Below, piece by piece: positions 33,055-44,686 of a stretch of DNA of 64,000 bases. Origin of the DNA: Escherichia coli (GTDB lineage Bacteria; Pseudomonadota; Gammaproteobacteria; Enterobacterales; Enterobacteriaceae); the NCBI RefSeq assembly GCF_002854065.1, contig NZ_CP024147.1; one strand, 5' to 3'. Position 1 is the stretch's first letter. Every line of letters starts with the position of its first letter. The notes under the pieces are model-generated. The model searched no databases, was not told the DNA's origin, and was given only the letters and a program-made list of their open reading frames with translations. Made by a program: the position numbers and the translations under genes.

Positions 33055-33855
33055 CTACGAATTGATATGTTCCTTGCTGTAACGCCGCTTCCACGCTGCT
33101 GGCGTTAAACCGGTGTGTTTGCGAAAAATCTGCCGGAAATAGCCAACGTCATTAAACCCGCACAACGCCGCCACTTCCGTGAGCGATCGCGCTTCGCTAA
33201 TTAACAGCTTTTCGGCTTCGCGCACCCGCTGGCGATGGATTGCTTCTGTTAACGTCAGATGAAACACCCGCCGGTAGACGCGCCCAAGATAATCGGCATT
33301 GCAGTACAGCTCGCGGGCCAGAAGCGCCGTAGAAAGCGGGCGATGATATTGCGTGCGGATCAGTTTCTGCGCTTTCCAGGCAAGGGTGGTGCCTGCGCCA
33401 TCGGCCTGTTCATCAAGACGCGCGTCACGGGTGAGCTGCTGCAAAATGAGCAGCACAATAAACTCCAGCGCCGGAGTGCGTTGATGCTTTTCCTGTTCGC
33501 TTAAGAACTGGCGAAACAGGGCCACCAGCGCCTGCGGATCGACAACCTTCGTTTGTTGCGGCACGCTAAGATGAGTAAGCCAGCGAGGGTCGTTGTCCGG
33601 CGCTTTAACCTCAAAATGCAGCCAGTAAAATTTGAGATCGGCGGGAAAATCCTCCACCCCAACATGTTGTCGGTTCGGCCAGAGTAATAAACTCTCTCCC
33701 GCATCGACCAGAAATATCCGTTCTTCTTCCTGAATCGTTAATCGACCTTTTTCGACAAAGATAATTTCCCATGACTCCAGCCGCCTTGCAGGATGCCTCC
33801 CTACGCCACGGGAAATAAATAATCCACCATTTTGCACTTTAATCGGTAACGTCAT
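33055..33855 (-). CDS. AraC/XylS-family transcriptional regulator (N-terminal cupin sugar-binding domain plus C-terminal HTH)
   Basis: C-terminal AraC HTH signature (...LTEVAALCGFNDVGYFRQIFRKHTGLTPAAWKR). Divergent from the downstream transporter gene. Not part of the K-12 backbone. Confidence 0.8.
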   Translation of the reverse strand: MTLPIKVQNGGLFISRGVGRHPARRLESWEIIFVEKGRLTIQEEERIFLVDAGESLLLWPNRQHVGVEDFPADLKFYWLHFEVKAPDNDPRWLTHLSVPQQTKVVDPQALVALFRQFLSEQEKHQRTPALEFIVLLILQQLTRDARLDEQADGAGTTLAWKAQKLIRTQYHRPLSTALLARELYCNADYLGRVYRRVFHLTLTEAIHRQRVREAEKLLISEARSLTEVAALCGFNDVGYFRQIFRKHTGLTPAAWKRRYSKEHINS

Positions 33856-33918
33856 GGATAATTCGAGCATTGATATGTAATTTCCCGCTTATTCATTAAT
33901 GATTAAACACATTACCTT

Positions 33919-33933
33919 TTGATTATTAATCAA
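33919..33933. promoter_or_regulatory. 15-bp perfect palindrome TTGATTATTAATCAA in the divergent AraC-regulator / transporter promoter region. Candidate operator.
   Basis: Read directly from the sequence, in a 225-bp AT-rich intergenic region with additional ATTAAT repeats. Confidence 0.35.
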
Positions 33934-34095
33934 AAACATTAATTTCACCTGATCTATTTCACACTTTTAAATTCAGGTCGGAATCGTCACCTTTTTTTAC
34001 TCTTTTCTCGCCTTGTTGATATTCCCGTTCACGGCAGAATTAATCAGGTCATTTCAATAAAACTAAAAATTGCTCCCTATTCACGAGGAATATCT

Positions 34096-35496
34096 ATGAC
34101 CTCTACACCGATTACTACCGCTGATATCGCTAAAGGTAAAATTGACGATGCGTTATCTGTACGGGAAAAAATAGGCTACGGCCTGGGTGACGCAGGCGGC
34201 ACCGTAATAACTTGCCTGATCATGAATTTTCTCACCTTTTTCTACACCGACGTTTTTGGATTAACTCCGGCGCTGGTTGGCACGCTGTTTATTGCACTGC
34301 GCGTGTTTGATGCCATCTCCGACCCGGTGATGGGCGTCATTGCCGACCGGACGCAAAGTCGCTGGGGGCGCTTTCGTCCGTGGCAGCTATGGATTGCCAT
34401 TCCCATCGGCATTATCGGCATCCTGACGTTCACCGTGCCAGATGCCAGCATGGGAGTAAAAATCGCCTGGGCGTTCGGTACTTACCTGCTCCTTTCAGTC
34501 GGTTATACCGCCATCAACGTACCGTACTGCGCGCTGATCAACACCATGACCACCCGCCACAATGAAGTGATCTCCTGCCAGTCCTGGCGATTCGTTCTCT
34601 GTGGCGTAGCGGGATTTCTGGTTTCGGTAGGCTTACCGTGGATGGTAGATCTCTTCGGTCAGGGTAATGCCGCGCGCGGCTATCAATTGGGCGTCGGCGT
34701 GCTGTGCGCCATTGCCGTGGTGATGTTCCTGTGCTGTTTTTTCTGGGTTCGTGAACGGGTGCCACTCTCCACAATGGGGAAATTTACCCTGCGCGAACAT
34801 CTTGCCGGGCTGCGGAACAACGACCAACTGCTGCTGATGCTGGTCATGTCTTTCCTGCTGATTAACGTCTTTAACATTCGCGGCGGTGGGTATATGTACT
34901 TCATTACCTACGTCTTACAAGGCAGTACGGGCTACACGTCGCTGTTCTTCACCATGGTCACCTTCGCCTCCATTATCGGCTCGGTGATTGTCAGCCCGTT
35001 AACGCGGCGTTTCGATACCGTCAAAATTTACTACTACACCAACCTGCTCCTCGCTGCGCTGGCAGTGTTGATGTGGTTCCTGCCCTCCGGCCCGGCTTAT
35101 CAAACGCTGTGGCTGGCGGTGATCCTCGGTAATGGCGTAATTCTTGGCTTCACATTGCCACTGCACTTCTCATTGATGGCCTTTGCCGATGACTACGGCG
35201 AGTGGAAAACCCGCGTACGTTCTTCCGGCATGAACTTCGCCTTCAATCTGTTTTTCATCAAGCTGGCCTGGGCCTCCAGCGCCGGGATCATCAGCCTGCT
35301 GTTTATTTTTGTCGCCTACCAGCCTGGCGTGGAAAACCAGACCGCCAGTTCGCTTGGCGGGATCGCGGCGATGGAAACATTACTGCCTGCGCTATTCCAC
35401 CTGCTGCTGGCAGGGGCGATCCGCTTTTGCAAACTCAATCATCCTATGATGTCACGCATAGCTACCGACCTGCGTCAGCGTCATGTACAGCCTTAA
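34096..35496 (+). CDS. GPH-family (MelB/XylP/YicJ-like) glycoside-pentoside-hexuronide:cation symporter
   Basis: 466 aa, 12-TM profile, GPH signature (GYGLGDAG...[25 protein letters not shown]). Confidence 0.85.
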   Translation: MTSTPITTADIAKGKIDDALSVREKIGYGLGDAGGTVITCLIMNFLTFFYTDVFGLTPALVGTLFIALRVFDAISDPVMGVIADRTQSRWGRFRPWQLWIAIPIGIIGILTFTVPDASMGVKIAWAFGTYLLLSVGYTAINVPYCALINTMTTRHNEVISCQSWRFVLCGVAGFLVSVGLPWMVDLFGQGNAARGYQLGVGVLCAIAVVMFLCCFFWVRERVPLSTMGKFTLREHLAGLRNNDQLLLMLVMSFLLINVFNIRGGGYMYFITYVLQGSTGYTSLFFTMVTFASIIGSVIVSPLTRRFDTVKIYYYTNLLLAALAVLMWFLPSGPAYQTLWLAVILGNGVILGFTLPLHFSLMAFADDYGEWKTRVRSSGMNFAFNLFFIKLAWASSAGIISLLFIFVAYQPGVENQTASSLGGIAAMETLLPALFHLLLAGAIRFCKLNHPMMSRIATDLRQRHVQP

Positions 35497-35506
35497 GGAG
35501 CACAAG

Positions 35507-37477
35507 ATGAACATTTCGGAAGTCGATCTGCATAAACTGACGGTCAGCGATCCGTTCCTCGGTCAGTACCAACAACTGGTCCGCGACGTGGTGATTCCTT
35601 ATCAGTGGGATGCTTTGAACGATCGTATCCCAGAAGCGGAACCCAGCCATGCGATTGAAAACTTTCGCATTGCCGCCGGACTTCAGGAGGGTGAATTTTA
35701 CGGGATGGTGTTTCAGGACAGCGACGTCGCCAAATGGCTGGAAGCAGTAGCCTGGTCGCTGTGCCAGAAGCCGGACGCCGAACTGGAAAAAACCGCCGAC
35801 GAGGTGATTGAACTGGTCGCCTCCGCCCAGTGCGAAGACGGCTATCTCAATACTTACTTTACGGTAAAAGCACCCGAAGAACGCTGGAGCAATCTGGCGG
35901 AGTGTCATGAACTTTACTGCGCAGGTCATCTGATTGAAGCCGGAGTCGCCTTCTTCCAGGCCACGGGAAAACGGCGCTTGCTGGGGGTCGTTTGCCGCCT
36001 GGCCGATCATATCGACAGCGTATTTGGTCCAGATGAAAGTAAGTTACACGGTTATCCTGGTCACCCGGAAATTGAACTGGCACTAATGCGCCTGTATGAA
36101 GTGACTGAAGAGCCGCGCTACCTGGCGCTGACGAACTATTTTGTCGAACAGCGTGGTGCGCAACCGCACTATTACGACCAGGAATATGAAAAGCGCGGGC
36201 AGACATCGCACTGGCACACCTACGGCCCGGCATGGATGGTGAAAGACAAAGCCTACAGCCAGGCACATTTGCCCCTTGCGCAACAGCAAACCGCCATCGG
36301 TCACGCGGTACGTTTTGTCTATCTGATGACCGGCGTCGCGCATCTCGCGCGTTTAAGTCACGATGACAGCAAGCGTCAGGACTGCCTGCGGCTGTGGAAC
36401 AATATGGCCCAGCGTCAGTTATATATTACCGGCGGCATTGGCTCGCAAAGCAGCGGCGAAGCGTTCACTAGCGATTACGATCTGCCGAATGACACGGTAT
36501 ACGCTGAAAGTTGCGCCTCCATCGGCCTGATGATGTTTGCCCGACGAATGCTGGAAATGGAAGGCGACAGTCAATATGCCGATGTGATGGAGCGCGCACT
36601 GTACAACACCGTGCTCGGCGGCATGGCGCTGGATGGCAAACATTTCTTCTATGTGAATCCGCTGGAAGTACATCCAAAATCGCTGAAATTCAACCATATC
36701 TACGATCACGTTAAACCGATCCGCCAGCGTTGGTTTGGCTGCGCTTGTTGTCCGCCAAATATCGCCCGCGTGCTGACCTCGATTGGTCATTATCTCTACA
36801 CGCCGCGTGAAGATGCGTTGTATATCAACATATACGCAGGAAACAGCATGGAAGTGCCGGTAGAAAATGGCACGCTGCGCCTGCGGGTTAGCGGGAACTA
36901 TCCGTGGCAGGAGCAGGTGACGATTGCGGTTGAATCGCCCCAGCCGGTACGTCATACGCTGGCTTTACGTCTGCCGGACTGGTGCACACAGCCGCAGATC
37001 ATATTGAATGGGGAAGAGGTCGAGCAGGATATTCGTAAAGGGTATTTGCACATTACCCGCGAATGGCAGGAGGGCGATACGCTGAATCTGACTTTGCCGA
37101 TGCCGGTACGCCGCGTTTACGGTAACCCGCTGGTGCGTCACGTCGCCGGAAAAGTGGCGATTCAGCGCGGCCCGCTGGTGTATTGCCTGGAACAGGCCGA
37201 CAACGGCGAGTCACTGCATAATCTGTGGCTGCCCACCGATGCGCCATTTACGACATTTGAAGGCAAGGGATTGTTTAGCCATAAGATCTTAATCCAGGCA
37301 CCGGGTTACCGGTATGAACAGAGCAATCCAGAGCAGCAACCGCTGTGGCATTACGACAGCGCGCCAGCCAAACGCCAGACGCAAACTCTGACCTTTATCC
37401 CATGGTTTAGCTGGGCCAACCGGGGTGAAGGCGAAATGCGGATCTGGGTGAATGAGGAAAAGCATTGCCATCCGTAG
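35507..37477 (+). CDS. Glycoside hydrolase family 127 (DUF1680; HypBA1-like beta-L-arabinofuranosidase)
   Basis: 656 aa. Conserved GH127 regions (NTYFTVKAPEERWSNLAECHELYCAGHLIEA; WFGCACCPPNIARVL, a Cys-rich Zn/catalytic motif). SD AAGGAG lies 7 nt upstream. The start is 10 nt after the transporter stop, suggesting an operon. Confidence 0.8.
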   Translation: MNISEVDLHKLTVSDPFLGQYQQLVRDVVIPYQWDALNDRIPEAEPSHAIENFRIAAGLQEGEFYGMVFQDSDVAKWLEAVAWSLCQKPDAELEKTADEVIELVASAQCEDGYLNTYFTVKAPEERWSNLAECHELYCAGHLIEAGVAFFQATGKRRLLGVVCRLADHIDSVFGPDESKLHGYPGHPEIELALMRLYEVTEEPRYLALTNYFVEQRGAQPHYYDQEYEKRGQTSHWHTYGPAWMVKDKAYSQAHLPLAQQQTAIGHAVRFVYLMTGVAHLARLSHDDSKRQDCLRLWNNMAQRQLYITGGIGSQSSGEAFTSDYDLPNDTVYAESCASIGLMMFARRMLEMEGDSQYADVMERALYNTVLGGMALDGKHFFYVNPLEVHPKSLKFNHIYDHVKPIRQRWFGCACCPPNIARVLTSIGHYLYTPREDALYINIYAGNSMEVPVENGTLRLRVSGNYPWQEQVTIAVESPQPVRHTLALRLPDWCTQPQIILNGEEVEQDIRKGYLHITREWQEGDTLNLTLPMPVRRVYGNPLVRHVAGKVAIQRGPLVYCLEQADNGESLHNLWLPTDAPFTTFEGKGLFSHKILIQAPGYRYEQSNPEQQPLWHYDSAPAKRQTQTLTFIPWFSWANRGEGEMRIWVNEEKHCHP

Positions 37478-37487
37478 GTTGGATAAG

Positions 37488-37590
37488 GCACTCGCGCCGC
37501 ATCCAACGTAAGGAGCACATTGCCTGATGCGACGCTTAACACGTCTTATCAGGCATACAAGTCGGTGCGAGAGCGTAGGCCAGCCGCACC
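37488..37590. repeat. REP/BIME elements between GH127 and yiaT
   Basis: GGATAAGGCACTCGCGCCGCATCC and GCCTGATGCGACGCTTAACACGTCTTATCAGGC palindromic units. Confidence 0.7.
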
Positions 37591-37606
37591 GACATCCACC
37601 GGTGAA

Positions 37607-38347
37607 TTAAAAACGCCAGCTCACGCCGGTGACAAAGGTAAAACTCTCATTACGATCAATCATCGGGCTGTCGGTAATCTCTTCCGGCAGCTCGCTGTAT
37701 CCGGCGCTCGCCATCAATACGACGTGCTCTCCTATCGGGTATTTTGCCGTCAGGCTGACATAGGGCACCCAGGCATCCTGCGCGGAATAACTTGCCAGAC
37801 CGCTACGACGGGACTCACTCTCTGAAATGCCATAGTAATAGTCACTGAAATTCTCGTCATAATAGAGAACGCCCAGCGCAGGTGTCAGCGACAGACGACC
37901 TATCTGCATTTTGTGGAATACCGATAGCTCCCCCACCCAGCCGTTGCTGTTATCCAGAACGTCCGCAGCTGCAGAGGCTTTCACGGTTCCCCAACGCTCG
38001 TGGTGATACCAGGCAACCCCCGCCATAGCCGTACTATCACGCTTATCAAGCTGTTGCATGGCATAATCGTCATTATCGGCAGGGTCAAATTCCAGCGGCA
38101 TCCAGGATGCGGTCAGGCTAAGTTCATTTTTTTCACTTTGCGACAGAATAAAACCTAACGTGGTCTGACGAACATAAAAAGAATCACCTTCATAACTAAT
38201 CAGGGGAATTGCCTTTGTATTTTCATTATAACCGCGATAAGGCGATTCATTATAAGCCGCACCAGCACCAATGGATAATTCAGAAGCAGTTGCGCTTGCC
38301 ATAAAAGGCAACGCAAATAACGCCACAATATTGCGGTTAATTAACAT
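37607..38347 (-). CDS. yiaT: Outer-membrane protein YiaT (MipA/OmpV family)
   Basis: 246 aa, signal peptide, C-terminal ...SWRF. Confidence 0.88.
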   Translation of the reverse strand: MLINRNIVALFALPFMASATASELSIGAGAAYNESPYRGYNENTKAIPLISYEGDSFYVRQTTLGFILSQSEKNELSLTASWMPLEFDPADNDDYAMQQLDKRDSTAMAGVAWYHHERWGTVKASAAADVLDNSNGWVGELSVFHKMQIGRLSLTPALGVLYYDENFSDYYYGISESESRRSGLASYSAQDAWVPYVSLTAKYPIGEHVVLMASAGYSELPEEITDSPMIDRNESFTFVTGVSWRF

Positions 38348-38470
38348 GTCCGGTATTCCATTTTAAAATAAGATAAAAAAGAGTCGGCATAGTAATGCTT
38401 ACAATTTCTCCGGTGCAAGATTCATATTTATATAGTAATATATAAAATTATATATAATTGGGCTGTTGCG

Positions 38471-39445
38471 ATGACAAAATTACAACTTAAGTACCGGGAG
38501 TTAAAAATTATCTCGGTAATCGCTGCCAGTGAAAATATCAGCCATGCTGCGACTGTACTTGGCATCGCACAGGCCAACGTCAGCAAATACCTTGCTGATT
38601 TTGAATCAAAAGTGGGTTTAAAAGTCTTTGACCGAACCACCCGGCAGCTGATGCTCACACCTTTTGGTACCGCGCTGTTACCGTACATCAACGACATGCT
38701 GGACAGAAACGAGCAGCTTAATAATTTTATTGCAGATTATAAGCATGAGAAACGTGGTCGGGTCACCATCTACGCCCCAACCGGCATAATTACCTATTTA
38801 TCCAAACATGTAATCGATAAAATTAAAGATATCGGTGATATAACCTTATCGCTAAAAACCTGCAATCTTGAGCGTAATGCCTTTTATGAAGGCGTCGAAT
38901 TTCCTGATGATTGTGATGTTTTAATCAGCTACGCTCCACCAAAAGATGAATCGCTGGTTGCCAGTTTTATTACACAATATGCCGTAACCGCTTATGCCAG
39001 CCAGCGCTATCTTGAGAAACATCCTATTAGCCGTCCTGACGAACTCGAACATCACTCCTGTATTTTGATCGACTCGATGATGATCGACGACGCGAATATC
39101 TGGCGCTTCAACGTCGCCGGGAGTAAAGAGGTGCGGGATTATCGCGTGAAGGGAAATTACGTTTGCGACAACACGCAATCTGCGCTGGAGCTGGCACGAA
39201 ATCACCTGGGGATTGTGTTTGCGCCAGACAAAAGTGTGCAGAGAGATCTGCAAGACGGCACGCTGGTGCCCTGCTTTCAGCACCCGTATGAATGGTGGCT
39301 GGATCTGGTGGCTATCTTCCGTAAACGGGAATACCAGCCCTGGCGGGTCCAGTATGTGCTGGATGAAATGCTGCGTGAAATTCGCCACCAGCTTGCTCAG
39401 TCGCAGCAACTGCGGCCTGAACAAGCGGCGGAAAGCGAAGATTAA
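38471..39445 (+). CDS. yiaU: LysR-family transcriptional regulator YiaU
   Basis: 324 aa. N-terminal HTH. Confidence 0.9.
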   Translation: MTKLQLKYRELKIISVIAASENISHAATVLGIAQANVSKYLADFESKVGLKVFDRTTRQLMLTPFGTALLPYINDMLDRNEQLNNFIADYKHEKRGRVTIYAPTGIITYLSKHVIDKIKDIGDITLSLKTCNLERNAFYEGVEFPDDCDVLISYAPPKDESLVASFITQYAVTAYASQRYLEKHPISRPDELEHHSCILIDSMMIDDANIWRFNVAGSKEVRDYRVKGNYVCDNTQSALELARNHLGIVFAPDKSVQRDLQDGTLVPCFQHPYEWWLDLVAIFRKREYQPWRVQYVLDEMLREIRHQLAQSQQLRPEQAAESED

Positions 39446-40578
39446 TGATCGAGATAAAGGTAATGCACCCAGCTGGTCATGCGTAATAACACTTTGCGCA
39501 TCACCGAGACATGGCTGAAATGATCAGAGTAGACCGCCACCTGGGCGTAAATACCGTCTGGTAAAGCGCTCAAATCAGTGTGCTCATTCAGTTCAATGGT
39601 CGCGATAACGCCATCTGAACCCGGCGCTGTGTTTAACGTCTGTAAGGTGCCGGTCGACTGATAAGCTCCGCCGGGAACGGCTGGACTAATGGCTGCCAGC
39701 TTACCGCTGAATACCTTACCTGGCAGAGCATTAAACACCACTTCCGCATCGTCGCCAGGGGCCAGTCGCAGCAAGGAGTTCTGACGGAACTGCGCCACAA
39801 TTTGTCGTTTCTGATCGGGTATAAACACCATCACCGGACGTAGCGGCAGCGACGCGGCATAGGTACCCGGACGAATCAGTACCTGGGTCACATAACCATC
39901 GCTCGGCGCACGCACTATCGTCTGCTCAAGGTTATATTTTGCTTCCGCGAGCTGCGCTTTCAGGCTGGCGATTTGAGAATGTTCACCCAACACCAGGCTA
40001 TCCAGCTGGCTCTGGATCTGTTTTTGTTCCGCCGCCGATGACTTCACGGAGGCTTCCTGCGCCAGATAATTTTGCCGCGCCACATCGATATCGCGTTCTG
40101 AAAACGGGTTTACTTTCGCCTGGCTGCCGCGTGCGTAACGCTGATACTCTTTAGCGAATTTATCCCGCGTGGCCTTTGCCTGCTGAGTATTCGCCGCCAT
40201 CTCATCTAACTCTGCGCCCAACGCCCGCTGTTTATGTTCTGCGGTAACGATATCCGCCATCAGCCGATCCACCTGCGCCTGATAACGCGTCGGGTCCAGT
40301 CGAAATAGCACCTCACCTTTTTTAATTAGCGTATTTTTCTTGTCCGTCACTTCGATCACCACGCCTGTCACCTGCGGGACAACAGGAATAGAAATAACCG
40401 CTTTTTGCGCTTTAAAGGTATACGGATGGTTATAGTTCATTAACAGAATTAAACCGCTGACAATAAATATTCCACCCAGGGCCGCGGTGGGAATGGTCCA
40501 TTTATTTACAGGAATTTTGAAGATCTTAAACATTGCCCATGCGAAAGCCACATAGGTCAAAATAATCAGTAAATCCAT
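39442..40578 (-). CDS. yiaV: HlyD-family membrane-fusion protein YiaV
   Basis: 378 aa, single N-terminal TM, coiled-coil region. Confidence 0.9.
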   Translation of the reverse strand: MDLLIILTYVAFAWAMFKIFKIPVNKWTIPTAALGGIFIVSGLILLMNYNHPYTFKAQKAVISIPVVPQVTGVVIEVTDKKNTLIKKGEVLFRLDPTRYQAQVDRLMADIVTAEHKQRALGAELDEMAANTQQAKATRDKFAKEYQRYARGSQAKVNPFSERDIDVARQNYLAQEASVKSSAAEQKQIQSQLDSLVLGEHSQIASLKAQLAEAKYNLEQTIVRAPSDGYVTQVLIRPGTYAASLPLRPVMVFIPDQKRQIVAQFRQNSLLRLAPGDDAEVVFNALPGKVFSGKLAAISPAVPGGAYQSTGTLQTLNTAPGSDGVIATIELNEHTDLSALPDGIYAQVAVYSDHFSHVSVMRKVLLRMTSWVHYLYLDH

Positions 40579-40583
40579 AAGTA

Positions 40584-40907
40584 TTACTCGGCAGAAGAGG
40601 ATTTGATGTCAGCGAGCTGTTTCTCCAGCCCAGCAATACGCTGTTGTAGTTGCACAACGGAGGAGTCATGGTTTTGCATTCCCCATCCCCGCTCCGGGCG
40701 GTAAAGCGTGGCCCAAATCCACAAAAATGGCCAGATAACATGCAGCGTAAAAAGACTCACCCAACCAGCAACATGAATGGCGTCGGCATGAGGATGATTA
40801 CGTTTTTTAGCAATCAGGTAGGGAATATCATGTAAAATAATAATCCCATAGAATATCACCAGAAATACAAAAATAAGCACTCCCAGTGCAAAATAGTCCA
40901 GGAACAT
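40584..40907 (-). CDS. yiaW: DUF3302 small inner-membrane protein YiaW
   Basis: 107 aa, [45 protein letters not shown]... Confidence 0.88.
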   Translation of the reverse strand: MFLDYFALGVLIFVFLVIFYGIIILHDIPYLIAKKRNHPHADAIHVAGWVSLFTLHVIWPFLWIWATLYRPERGWGMQNHDSSVVQLQQRIAGLEKQLADIKSSSAE

Positions 40908-41336
40908 ATTTCCCTCAGAGAATATAAAAAAGAACAATTAACACATATTATGAAATGCCATGATGCAGTGCAATTTCCTTATTTATATAACGACATATTA
41001 TTTTTTATATACTTTCTGAAGTGTGCTGCGTGGCTTTTCAACAGGTCGAGGTTTATCATATTGAAATAATGGAACTATTGGCCAAATTTATGATTAAAAA
41101 CCGTAAAACATCCACAATGCAGATTAAGCGTATTAAACCTTCAATAATCTACCGTTTATTGCTGATTGTCCTCGGAATACCAATGGTGATTTACGGTCTG
41201 GTTTGCCCGCTCACCATCGAAACGCGAGATTAAACTCCTGGCAAAACACACCCCAGAAACGCACTTTTGTTGGCGTAGTCTGGGTTATTGCACACGTAGG
41301 TTTAAAACGTAAATTGTAACAACGTGCGCTTTGTTT

Positions 41337-41430
41337 ATGCCGGATGCGGCGTGTACGCCTTATCCGGCCTACGGTCAGGTCCCCGTAGGCATGATAAGAC
41401 GCGTAAGCGTCGCATCAGGCAATTAATACC
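41337..41430. repeat. REP/BIME pair downstream of aldB
   Basis: GCCGGATGCGGCGTGTACGCCTTATCCGGCCTAC and ...GACGCGTAAGCGTCGCATCAGGC. Confidence 0.8.
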
Positions 41431-41451
41431 CGATGCGACCAGCTTCTTACA

Positions 41452-42990
41452 TCAGAACAGCCCCAACGGTTTATCTGAGTAGCTCACCAGCAGGCACTTG
41501 GTTTGCTGGTAATGCTCCAGCATCATCTTGTGGGTTTCGCGTCCAATGCCTGATTGTTTGTAGCCGCCAAACGCCGCATGTGCCGGGTAAGCGTGATAAC
41601 AGTTGGTCCACACGCGCCCGGCCTGAATGCCGCGCCCCATCTTATAGGCCAGATTACCGTTGCGGCTCCAGACGCCTGCGCCCAGGCCATATTGCGTATC
41701 GTTCGCCAGCTCCAGCGCTTCTTCCATCGTTTTGAAGGTGGTCACCGCCAGCACCGGGCCAAAAATCTCTTCCTGGAACACCCGCATATTGTTCTGACCA
41801 AACAGAATCGTCGGTTCAAGGTAGTAGCCGTCTTTCAGTTCGCCTTCCAGCAGCTTGCGCCGCCCGCCGGTGAGCACGTCTGCGCCCTCTTTTTTACCGA
41901 TATCAATGTAGTTGAGGATGGTTTCCAGTTGCCCGTGAGAAACCTGCGCACCCATTTGCGTCACGCTGTCGAGTGGGTTACCGCTGCGAATGCTTTCGAC
42001 ACGGCGGATGGCGCGTTCCATAAAGCGTTCGTAGATTGACTCCTGCACTAAGGCACGACTCGGACAGGTGCAAACTTCGCCCTGGTTAAAGGCAAACAGT
42101 GCAAAGCCTTCCAGCGCTTTATCGAAAAAGGCATCTTCTTCATCCATCACATCAGCAAAGAAGATATTTGGCGACTTACCGCCCAACTCCAGCGTCACCG
42201 GAATAATGTTTTGCGTTGCGTATTGCATAATTTGTTGGCCCACTTCCGTTGAGCCGGTAAACGCCACTTTGGCGATGCGTTTCGAGGTCGCCAGATATTC
42301 GCCAATTTCCCCACCTGCGCCATTGACCACGTTCACCACGCCCGGCGGCAGTAAATCACCGACAATTTCCATTAGCAGCAGTACAGAAAGCGGGGTAAGA
42401 CGTGCGGGTTTCAGCACCACACAGTTGCCCGCCGCCAGCGCGGGAGCCATTTTCCAGCTCGCCATCAGCAGCGGGAAGTTCCACGGGATAATCTGCCCCA
42501 CCACGCCTAACGGTTCATGGAAATGATAGGCCACGGTTTCGCTATCAACTTCACTGATCCCACCTTCCTGCGCCCGAATACACGAGGCGAAATAGCGGAA
42601 ATGGTCAATCGCCAGCGGTACATCCGCAGCACTGGTTTCGCGAATGGGTTTGCCGTTATCCCAGGTTTCAGCTGTCGCTAACAGCTCGAGGTTTTGTTCC
42701 ATTCGATCGGCAATCTTAAACAGAATCGCCGCGCGATCCTGCACCGAGGTGTGCGCCCATTTATCTTTCACTTTGTGCGCAGCATCCAGCGCCAGATCGA
42801 TGTCTCGTTTGCCCGAAGACGCCACTTCGCACAGCAGCTGCCCGGTCACCGGCGTCAGGTTCTGGTAATACTCACCATCGGCAGGGGCTACCCATTCGCC
42901 GCCAATAAAGTTGTCATAGCGGTTTTTTAACTTGAGGGGGAAACCATACTCGCCGGGCTTAATCTGTGCTGAAGGGGGATTATTGGTCAT
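41452..42990 (-). CDS. aldB: Aldehyde dehydrogenase B (NADP-dependent)
   Basis: [36 protein letters not shown]..., 512 aa. The track ORF is extended 46 codons at the 5' end. Confidence 0.93.
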   Translation of the reverse strand: MTNNPPSAQIKPGEYGFPLKLKNRYDNFIGGEWVAPADGEYYQNLTPVTGQLLCEVASSGKRDIDLALDAAHKVKDKWAHTSVQDRAAILFKIADRMEQNLELLATAETWDNGKPIRETSAADVPLAIDHFRYFASCIRAQEGGISEVDSETVAYHFHEPLGVVGQIIPWNFPLLMASWKMAPALAAGNCVVLKPARLTPLSVLLLMEIVGDLLPPGVVNVVNGAGGEIGEYLATSKRIAKVAFTGSTEVGQQIMQYATQNIIPVTLELGGKSPNIFFADVMDEEDAFFDKALEGFALFAFNQGEVCTCPSRALVQESIYERFMERAIRRVESIRSGNPLDSVTQMGAQVSHGQLETILNYIDIGKKEGADVLTGGRRKLLEGELKDGYYLEPTILFGQNNMRVFQEEIFGPVLAVTTFKTMEEALELANDTQYGLGAGVWSRNGNLAYKMGRGIQAGRVWTNCYHAYPAHAAFGGYKQSGIGRETHKMMLEHYQQTKCLLVSYSDKPLGLF

Positions 42991-43154
42991 GATCGTCTCC
43001 TTGCGGTGTGAGGTATAACAAGGGTAGACGTGACTGGCGAAATCTTCGCCAGTCGGTAACAGCTTTACGACAGCTATCACGAATTTACGGGCAAGGATTA
43101 CAGAGATAGTTGAAAAAGCGGCTGACAATTTGCCAGCCGTTGTTGGAATGATGA

Positions 43155-44167
43155 TTACATTGCGGCGCGATAAATCGCCACAATTTCTTCGTGAGTTGCC
43201 TGGATCGGGTTAGTAAAGCCACAGGCATCTTTCAGGGCATTAGTCGCCAGAACCGCGAAATCTTCTTCTTTCACGTTCAGGTCGCGTAGGCCTGCCGGGA
43301 TATCCACTTTCTTCGCCAGTTCACGGATGGCGTTAATGCAGGCTTCAGCACCTTCCGCGTCGTTTTTACCTGTCACGTTCACGCCCATTGCAGCGGCACA
43401 GTCACGCAGACGTGCAGCGGCGACTTTGCTGTTGAATACCTGAACATGCGGCAGCAGAACGGCGTTACATACACCGTGTGGCAGGTTGTAGAAACCGCCC
43501 AGCTGGTGCGCCATCGCATGAACATAACCCAGAGAAGCATTATTGAACGCCATACCGGCGAGGAACTGGGCATAAGCCATTGCTTCACGCGCTTTCGCAT
43601 TACTGCCATCTTCAACGGCTAACGGCAGGTTTTCGGCAATCATGGTCACGGCTTTCAGTGCACAAGCGTCAGTGATCGGCGTGGCGGCAATAGAAACATA
43701 CGCTTCGATAGCGTGCGTTAAGGCATCCATACCCGTTGCGGCGGTCAGTGACTTCGGCATACCAATCATCAGAGAGGAGTCATTGACAGAAAGCAGCGGA
43801 GTGACATGTTTATCAACAATCGCCATTTTGATATGACGCGCTTCGTCAGTGATGATGCAGAAACGGGTCATTTCAGAGGCCGTACCCGCCGTGGTATTGA
43901 TGGCGATCATCGGCAGCTGCGGTTTTGCAGAGCGGTCAACGCCTTCGTAATCGCGAATATCGCCGCCATTGGCTGCCACCAGCGCAATACCTTTTGCGCA
44001 GTCGTGCGGAGAACCACCGCCTAAGGAAATCACGCTATCGCAATTATTTTCTTTAAGTAATTTCAAACCTGCAGCGACGTTTTCCGTGGTGGGGTTAGGT
44101 TGGGTGCCATCATAAATAATGCTAAAAATATTGCGTTCTTCCAGTGCTTTTTGCACATCGCCCGCCA
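43155..44167 (-). pseudogene. yiaY: Fe-containing alcohol dehydrogenase YiaY, 5'-truncated by IS1 (promoter and first ~47 codons missing)
   Basis: The frame continues ...[15 protein letters not shown] straight into the IS1 terminus at 44168. No yiaY 5' sequence lies on the other side of the IS. Confidence 0.8.
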
Positions 44168-44182
44168 GGTAATGACTCCAAC

Positions 44183-44686
44183 TTATTGATAGTGTTTTAT
44201 GTTCAGATAATGCCCGATGACTTTGTCATGCAGCTCCACCGATTTTGAGAACGACAGCGACTTCCGTCCCAGCCGTGCCAGGTGCTGCCTCAGATTCAGG
44301 TTATGCCGCTCAATTCGCTGCGTATATCGCTTGCTGATTACGTGCAGCTTTCCCTTCAGGCGGGATTCATACAGCGGCCAGCCATCCGTCATCCATATCA
44401 CCACGTCAAAGGGTGACAGCAGGCTCATAAGACGCCCCAGCGTCGCCATAGTGCGTTCACCGAATACGTGCGCAACAACCGTCTTCCGGAGACTGTCATA
44501 CGCGTAAAACAGCCAGCGCTGGCGCGATTTAGCCCCGACATAGCCCCACTGTTCGTCCATTTCCGCGCAGACGATGACGTCACTGCCCGGCTGTATGCGC
44601 GAGGTTACCGACTGCGGCCTGAGTTTTTTAAGTGACGTAAAATCGTGTTGAGGCCAACGCCCATAATGCGGGCAGTTGCCCGGCAT
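44183..44686 (-). CDS. insB: IS1 InsB
   Basis: Protein identical to copy A. Confidence 0.95.

Noticed and set aside
35462-36955. Minus-strand ORFs (182, 135 and 178 aa) inside the GH127 gene
   Set aside because: Antisense to a gene with clear family motifs. No independent support.
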